A stretch of DNA of 48,467 nt from a virus, in IMG/VR virus record IMGVR_UViG_3300021363_000002, positions 1 through 48,467 of that record; one strand, given 5' to 3'. Numbering within the stretch: the first letter of the stretch is position 1; every line of letters begins with the position of its first letter. Made by a program: the position numbers and the translations under genes. Below, piece by piece: positions 44,668 through 48,467 of this stretch. The notes beneath the pieces were generated by a model. The model did no database searches. It had not been told where the DNA came from and saw only the letters and a program-made list of their open reading frames with translations.

Positions 44668-45470
44668 CTGAAATCGTCATCGAACAACCGGATGAAGTAA
44701 TCAGCCGATCGACTGGCCTCCTTTGGGGAATGCCCGGTTGTGGGAAGACAACTTTTCTCTCTTCCCTGCCACCACCTATCCTCTATGTCATGATAGACCC
44801 TGATGGTAAGGACTCCATTCCCTCTGACACGGATTACACGCTTCTTGACCTGTCCATGCAAGATGACGATGTAACAGTCCGCTATTGTAAAGACAAACTG
44901 CCTACCCTAATCAAACGCCTCGATTGGACTACAGGTTCTGTAGCGTTCGATAGCTTAACCATCTTCTCGAACCGTGCTCTCAATTATGCTGTGCAGCAGA
45001 AAGTTGGTGCTGGTAAGAAGGGCTTCGAACCAACCATCGAAGAACCCGGCCAAACCGCCTATGGTGCCCGTCGTCAATACATCACTCATACTGTCAGCAA
45101 TGTCCTTCGTGCGACTGCACAGAAGGGTTACAACTGTTGGTTCACTACCCATCAAGGTGATGCAGAGATGGACGAGAAGGGCAACATCATTCGTTACACA
45201 ATGATGCTCGGTGGCAAGGCTACCAACGATGCTGCTATACAAATATCCGAATGCTGGTGGATGCGTGAGTATGATGGCAAACGTTCCATCGCTGTTCGCA
45301 ATTGCCGCAATAGAGAACCGATGAAGACGCGTATGTTTGATGCGTCTAAGTCGCCAGAGTTCGAACTCAAGTTCAATCCATCGCTTGGGTTCGATCAGCC
45401 ACATAGCATTGCAACGTGGCACAAACAGTGGTTAGATGGAGGAAGAAAGAAAATGCCACTGCCTACGTAG
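44664..45470 (+). CDS. RecA-fold ATPase, Sak4/AAA_24-like (recombination)
   Basis: Walker A GMPGCGKTT; size and position directly upstream of a DUF669-like gene. Confidence 0.6.
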   Translation: MTEIVIEQPDEVISRSTGLLWGMPGCGKTTFLSSLPPPILYVMIDPDGKDSIPSDTDYTLLDLSMQDDDVTVRYCKDKLPTLIKRLDWTTGSVAFDSLTIFSNRALNYAVQQKVGAGKKGFEPTIEEPGQTAYGARRQYITHTVSNVLRATAQKGYNCWFTTHQGDAEMDEKGNIIRYTMMLGGKATNDAAIQISECWWMREYDGKRSIAVRNCRNREPMKTRMFDASKSPEFELKFNPSLGFDQPHSIATWHKQWLDGGRKKMPLPT

Positions 45471-45496
45471 GAAGTAGTAACAAATAGGAGAATACT

Positions 45497-46000
45497 ATGG
45501 CAAAGAATGCAATTAAAGCAGACTTGGAACAGACAGAACTGGAAGAGAACCGAAAGCTCTCTGCTGGCGCTGGTAAGGAACGATCCGGTATCCTCGAACT
45601 CGATATGAACCTTGAGGATTACGAAGACTTCGAACCACTGCCTGACGCCTTCTATCCCGGCACAGTTACACTCGCTGAGATGCGTACGTCTGCAAAGGGT
45701 AACGATTATTATTACGTTACCTTCCAAGTGCATCCTGATGACTTTCCTCCGGATTACTCTATCGACAACGCTCCGGAAGGTATCAACCTTGTCTACGCTC
45801 GTGTCCAGAAGCCGACGCCTAGAAACCGTCGTTCTATCACTGGCGTCAAGAACTTCCTTCGTGCCCTTGGCATGTCGCTGAAGTCATCTGTCATCAACCC
45901 CGGTGAGTGGGAAGGCCATCGTGCTAACCTTCTCCTCGGCCACCAAGACTGGAATGGCATCGATATCAATACCATCGATGGCATCGAGGCTTTGGACTAA
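45497..46000 (+). CDS. DUF669-like protein (putative ssDNA-binding partner of Sak4)
   Basis: Hallmark FEPLPDAFYPGTVTLAEMRTSAKGNDYYYVTFQV; synteny with the AAA_24-like gene. Confidence 0.6.
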   Translation: MAKNAIKADLEQTELEENRKLSAGAGKERSGILELDMNLEDYEDFEPLPDAFYPGTVTLAEMRTSAKGNDYYYVTFQVHPDDFPPDYSIDNAPEGINLVYARVQKPTPRNRRSITGVKNFLRALGMSLKSSVINPGEWEGHRANLLLGHQDWNGIDINTIDGIEALD

Positions 46001-46015
46001 CTACAACACCTGTAG
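46001..46015. repeat. motif copy abutting a stop codon and fused to a terminator stem
   Basis: TAA-CTACAACACCTGTAGC-TGGTG... Confidence 0.9.
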
Positions 46016-46045
46016 CTGGTGGCGCAAATGTCACCAGCTACTTTT
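46013..46045 (+). terminator. weak intrinsic terminator / hairpin sharing bases with a motif copy
   Basis: 9-bp stem TAGCTGGTG/CACCAGCTA followed by CTTTT. Confidence 0.45.
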
Positions 46046-46056
46046 AGGAGGATCAC

Positions 46057-47217
46057 TTGAACTACTCTGAAGAACAACATGAAGCTATCGACTTAGGCAC
46101 CGATAAGTCCAAACGCCTAGTCGGTATTACCGGTCCGGCCGGTACAGGCAAAACAACTATAATCGGGGAGATGATCCACAGTGGTGAGTTCAACATGCCT
46201 GCTCTCGTGGCCCCCACTGGAAGGGCTGCCAAGAGAATACAAGAAGCGACTGGTATCCCTGCTAAGACAATCCACCGCTTCATGCGCTATTCGATGCCAG
46301 CCGATGACGAAGAGGCAGGCTTCCCCTCCTATGATAAACAAAACCGATTTCCACATGACGCGATCTTCGTTGACGAGTCCTCTATGGTATCTGAAGAACT
46401 GTATCGTGCCCTTGTAGATGCTATGCCGCCTCGTGCATGTATCCGCTTCATTGGTGATGCCAATCAGCTACCGCCTGTTGAAAGCATCAGTCCTTTCGTC
46501 AAACTATTAGAGAAGTGGCCATCTATTCGCCTTACCAAGAACTTCCGAAGTGGAGATGGCATTGTCACAGCAGCTAATCAGATCATCGCTAATCGCGTAC
46601 CTGAGCCGAACGAGAAGTTCCGTATGCTTAATCCGGGCAACGGGAACATCTTACCTGCGCTTGATGAGTTCGTCGACGACACATTTCGTGGTCTCAACGG
46701 ACAAGTCATCACCCCAACAAGAGTGGGCAAATACGGAACGCAACAGCTCAATAATTACTTCCAGCAACGACTCAACCCCTCTGGCCCCCGTATAGCTATC
46801 CGTGTCAACGATGAGGAGATACGCAAGTTCCGTGAGGGTGACAAGATCATCCAAACGAAGAATGACTACAAACTGAATGTCTTCAATGGTGAGATAGGTT
46901 GGGTAGTCGCAATCGAAGATGATGATATAATCATCAGTATTGATGATCGTGACATTCGCCTCCCACCACACATGGAAAGCTATGATCCATACACCAACAA
47001 GACTATCGGTCACTATGACCCCCGCCGTAACCTCGACCTTGCCTATGCTGTTACGACACATAAGGCTCAGGGGAGTGAATTTGATCGTGTTGTCATCCTC
47101 ATTCAACGAAGCTACGTGCTCAACCGCGCAAACTTTTACACGGCTGTCACCAGAGCCAAGGAGCAATGCACAGTAATCTGTGGACCGGGAGCGCTGCATC
47201 AGGCATTAAAGAAATGA
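46057..47217 (+). CDS. SF1 RecD-like DNA helicase
   Basis: Walker A GPAGTGKTT; Walker B IFVDESSMV; C-terminal AVTTHKAQGSEFDRVVI; TTG start after TAGGAGG. Confidence 0.8.
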   Translation: MNYSEEQHEAIDLGTDKSKRLVGITGPAGTGKTTIIGEMIHSGEFNMPALVAPTGRAAKRIQEATGIPAKTIHRFMRYSMPADDEEAGFPSYDKQNRFPHDAIFVDESSMVSEELYRALVDAMPPRACIRFIGDANQLPPVESISPFVKLLEKWPSIRLTKNFRSGDGIVTAANQIIANRVPEPNEKFRMLNPGNGNILPALDEFVDDTFRGLNGQVITPTRVGKYGTQQLNNYFQQRLNPSGPRIAIRVNDEEIRKFREGDKIIQTKNDYKLNVFNGEIGWVVAIEDDDIIISIDDRDIRLPPHMESYDPYTNKTIGHYDPRRNLDLAYAVTTHKAQGSEFDRVVILIQRSYVLNRANFYTAVTRAKEQCTVICGPGALHQALKK

Positions 47218-47561
47218 GTAGAGAAATGATATACCTTGCTTCACCTTACTCTCACCCCGATCGTAACCTTGTCAATGAACGTGTTGGCATTACTCGTCAG
47301 TGTTGTGCTGCACTTATCAATAAGAAGTTCTGTGTCTGGTCGCCGATATTGATGACTCACGGTATTGCCTATGGCTTACCAACCGATGCTAAGTTCTGGA
47401 TGGAGTATAACTTCGATTTCATCCGTCGGTGTGAGTATATCTTTGTCCTCAAAATCCCCGGATGGGATACAAGTGTTGGAGTTGCAGAAGAAATCGCTGT
47501 AGCTAAATCACTGTTCATCCCTGTTCGCTTCGTTGACGCTTTTGGAGATTTCATAGAATGA
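47214..47561 (+). CDS. DUF1937 / nucleoside 2-deoxyribosyltransferase-like protein, 115 aa
   Basis: IYLASPYSHPD N-terminal signature; ATGA overlap with the helicase stop. Confidence 0.5.
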   Translation: MSREMIYLASPYSHPDRNLVNERVGITRQCCAALINKKFCVWSPILMTHGIAYGLPTDAKFWMEYNFDFIRRCEYIFVLKIPGWDTSVGVAEEIAVAKSLFIPVRFVDAFGDFIE

Positions 47562-47767
47562 GAGCGCATCCTGTTAGAGACGTACAAATCATCTTCACTG
47601 TCGAACTCTCCGATAAGAAGTTCTACAGTCAAGTATCTATCCCTCTTGAGTCATCAGATGAGGATAAACATGAAGCTGTTACTAACTGGCTACAGATGAT
47701 GGAGATGGGTTTGAAGTGGAACCTATCTGAAATGAGGGCCACCTTCAAGGAGAAGGATGATGGCTGA
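47558..47767 (+). CDS. hypothetical protein
   Basis: Track ORF; ATGA overlap. Confidence 0.5.
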   Translation: MRAHPVRDVQIIFTVELSDKKFYSQVSIPLESSDEDKHEAVTNWLQMMEMGLKWNLSEMRATFKEKDDG

Positions 47768-47954
47768 CTTCTGTAAGAAGTGCTCAATAAAGACTTTTGG
47801 TAAAGACTATGGTGACTTTGCTAATATCGTGTCACCAGAGGAAGAGGCTAGGGGTCTTGTAGTAACTGTCCTATGTGAAGGCTGTGGCCCAATTGATGTC
47901 AATCACAGGGGCGAATGTGTCTCACCTGATTGTGAGGAGTGCAAACGTGCTTGA
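47757..47954 (+). CDS. Cys-rich zinc-binding-like protein
   Basis: CKKC...CEGC...CVSPDCEEC pattern. Confidence 0.5.
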   Translation: MMADFCKKCSIKTFGKDYGDFANIVSPEEEARGLVVTVLCEGCGPIDVNHRGECVSPDCEECKRA

Positions 47955-48138
47955 CGGTTTATATCGTGTCCGCACACCGTATCTATGTGCAGGGTTTGTA
48001 GTCAAGAATGGTCGTGTTGTCTACTGTGCACCAGTACTTCGCAATCGTCTCCCATACTGGAAGACAGTCGCTCAACGAATGGATAAGAATGATGACCCGT
48101 ATACGTATCTTGCAGCTAGCAAAGAAACTAATCACTGA
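47947..48138 (+). CDS. hypothetical protein, 63 aa (GTG start)
   Basis: GTG 47947 lies 9 nt after GAGGAG. The track ATG at 47875 would overlap the previous gene by 80 nt. Confidence 0.4.
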   Translation: MLDGLYRVRTPYLCAGFVVKNGRVVYCAPVLRNRLPYWKTVAQRMDKNDDPYTYLAASKETNH

Positions 48139-48430
48139 ACACTACCTGCCTTTGAGCCACCACCGTCTAGCTACAACTGCTGTAGGTGAAAACGTTGCCT
48201 ACTGCCACCCCGATGCAGTCAACTTCTCACTAGTTGGTGCAATTGAACGTGCCATCTATAATAGTACGGGTGATGACTACAATCTCCGCGGTGATTTATA
48301 CGAAGCTTCAATCGGTCCTCTTATCACCCGCCTTGGTGGTCGGGGTCCAACCCGAGTATTCCTAGAAATAGCACCTGAGAAAGCTATTCATCATCTACTC
48401 GATGAACAACTGAAGGAGTGGCTACAATGA
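48089..48430 (+). CDS. hypothetical protein (DUF6197-like?), 113 aa; wraps into 1..90
   Basis: In-frame ATG 48089. The family resemblance (..HPDAVNFSLVGAIERA..) is from memory only. Confidence 0.4.
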   Translation: MMTRIRILQLAKKLITEHYLPLSHHRLATTAVGENVAYCHPDAVNFSLVGAIERAIYNSTGDDYNLRGDLYEASIGPLITRLGGRGPTRVFLEIAPEKAIHHLLDEQLKEWLQ

Positions 48431-48467
48431 AAGCATACTTTGGTAATACAGCTACTGTCGTAGAAGT
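48341..48467. repeat. second copy of the 127-bp terminal duplication
   Basis: Identical to 1..127. Confidence 0.95.
48427..48467 (+). CDS. 5' part of the 87..230 CDS (duplicate copy, truncated by the window end)
   Basis: Lies inside the 127-bp duplication. Confidence 0.5.
   Translation, partial: MKAYFGNTATVVE

Noticed and set aside
3373-48185. The recurrent A-T-x-x-V-A peptide as a protein-level motif (for example a processing or interaction site)
   Set aside because: Eleven perfect copies are intergenic and one coding copy uses another frame. The host proteins are functionally unrelated and include a signal peptide. The nucleotide arms are invariant while the two middle residues vary freely.
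1-48467. The recurring CTACA-N5-TGTAG repeats as a CRISPR array or MITE-like mobile elements
   Set aside because: The units are only 15-17 bp. They are about 1 kb apart rather than 25-40 bp, they lie mostly in frame inside genes, and they have no flanking target duplications or cas genes.
1-48467. The motif as a known operator (LexA SOS box CTGT-N8-ACAG, CRP TGTGA-N6-TCACA, TyrR, NtcA, CtrA) or a known phage nick consensus
   Set aside because: The half-site sequence and spacing do not match any consensus I can recall. About 50 sites inside coding regions is not how those regulons are organised.
1-48467. A lysogeny module, phage RNA polymerase, methyltransferase or defence/anti-defence system of a known type
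   Set aside because: I found no integrase, recombinase or CI-like repressor. I also found no single-subunit RNAP-sized ORF, no DPPY/NPPY or FxGxG methyltransferase motifs, and no recognisable toxin-antitoxin pair. This absence is by eye only and needs HMM confirmation.

Overview
This window is a complete, self-closing genome of a tailed dsDNA phage. Bases 1..127 are identical to 48341..48467, so the unique length is 48340 bp. 127 nt looks like an assembler k-mer overlap rather than a physical terminal repeat.

**Phage type and host.** The structural gene order resembles the T7 supergroup: portal, scaffold, capsid, tail, fibre, then internal virion proteins. I found no phage RNA polymerase, integrase, repressor, tape measure or sheath. 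The phage is therefore probably a virulent podovirus-like phage. The host is probably Gram-negative and proteobacterial, based on sigma70-type TTGACA/TATAAT promoters, AGGAG ribosome-binding sites, lipobox proteins and a DUF3309-like peptide.

**Genome layout.**
- The plus-strand early/replication arm runs from 33.8 kb to 48.3 kb and wraps round to 5.5 kb. It carries many micro-ORFs, tRNA-Trp, a Cas4-like nuclease, a Sak4-like ATPase, DUF669, a RecD-like helicase and a family A polymerase fused to a UDG-like domain.
- The minus-strand late arm runs from 32.9 kb down to 5.5 kb. It carries a possible TerS, tail fibres and spike, TerL, portal, scaffold, capsid, tail proteins, a lysis cassette, a GNAT and internal virion proteins.
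- The two arms diverge across an ORF-free, highly structured region of about 830 bp (32984..33815).
- They converge with overlapping 3' ends at 5474..5508.

**Most unusual signal.** A palindromic motif, RCTACA-N5-TGTAGY, occurs at least 41 times perfectly and at least 10 more times with one mismatch. Chance expectation is about 0.05 copies.
- Copies are spaced roughly every 1 kb.
- Inside ORFs on both strands the motif is read almost always in one frame, giving Thr-x-x-Val.
- Between genes it sits exactly over ribosome-binding sites, in promoter spacers and next to terminators.
- I cannot assign it to any known system.

**Second candidate.** A structured plus-strand RNA of about 480 nt lies in the divergent region. 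It has C-rich, anti-SD-like loops and its own intrinsic terminator.

All calls come from reading the sequence and from motif memory. No searches were run.
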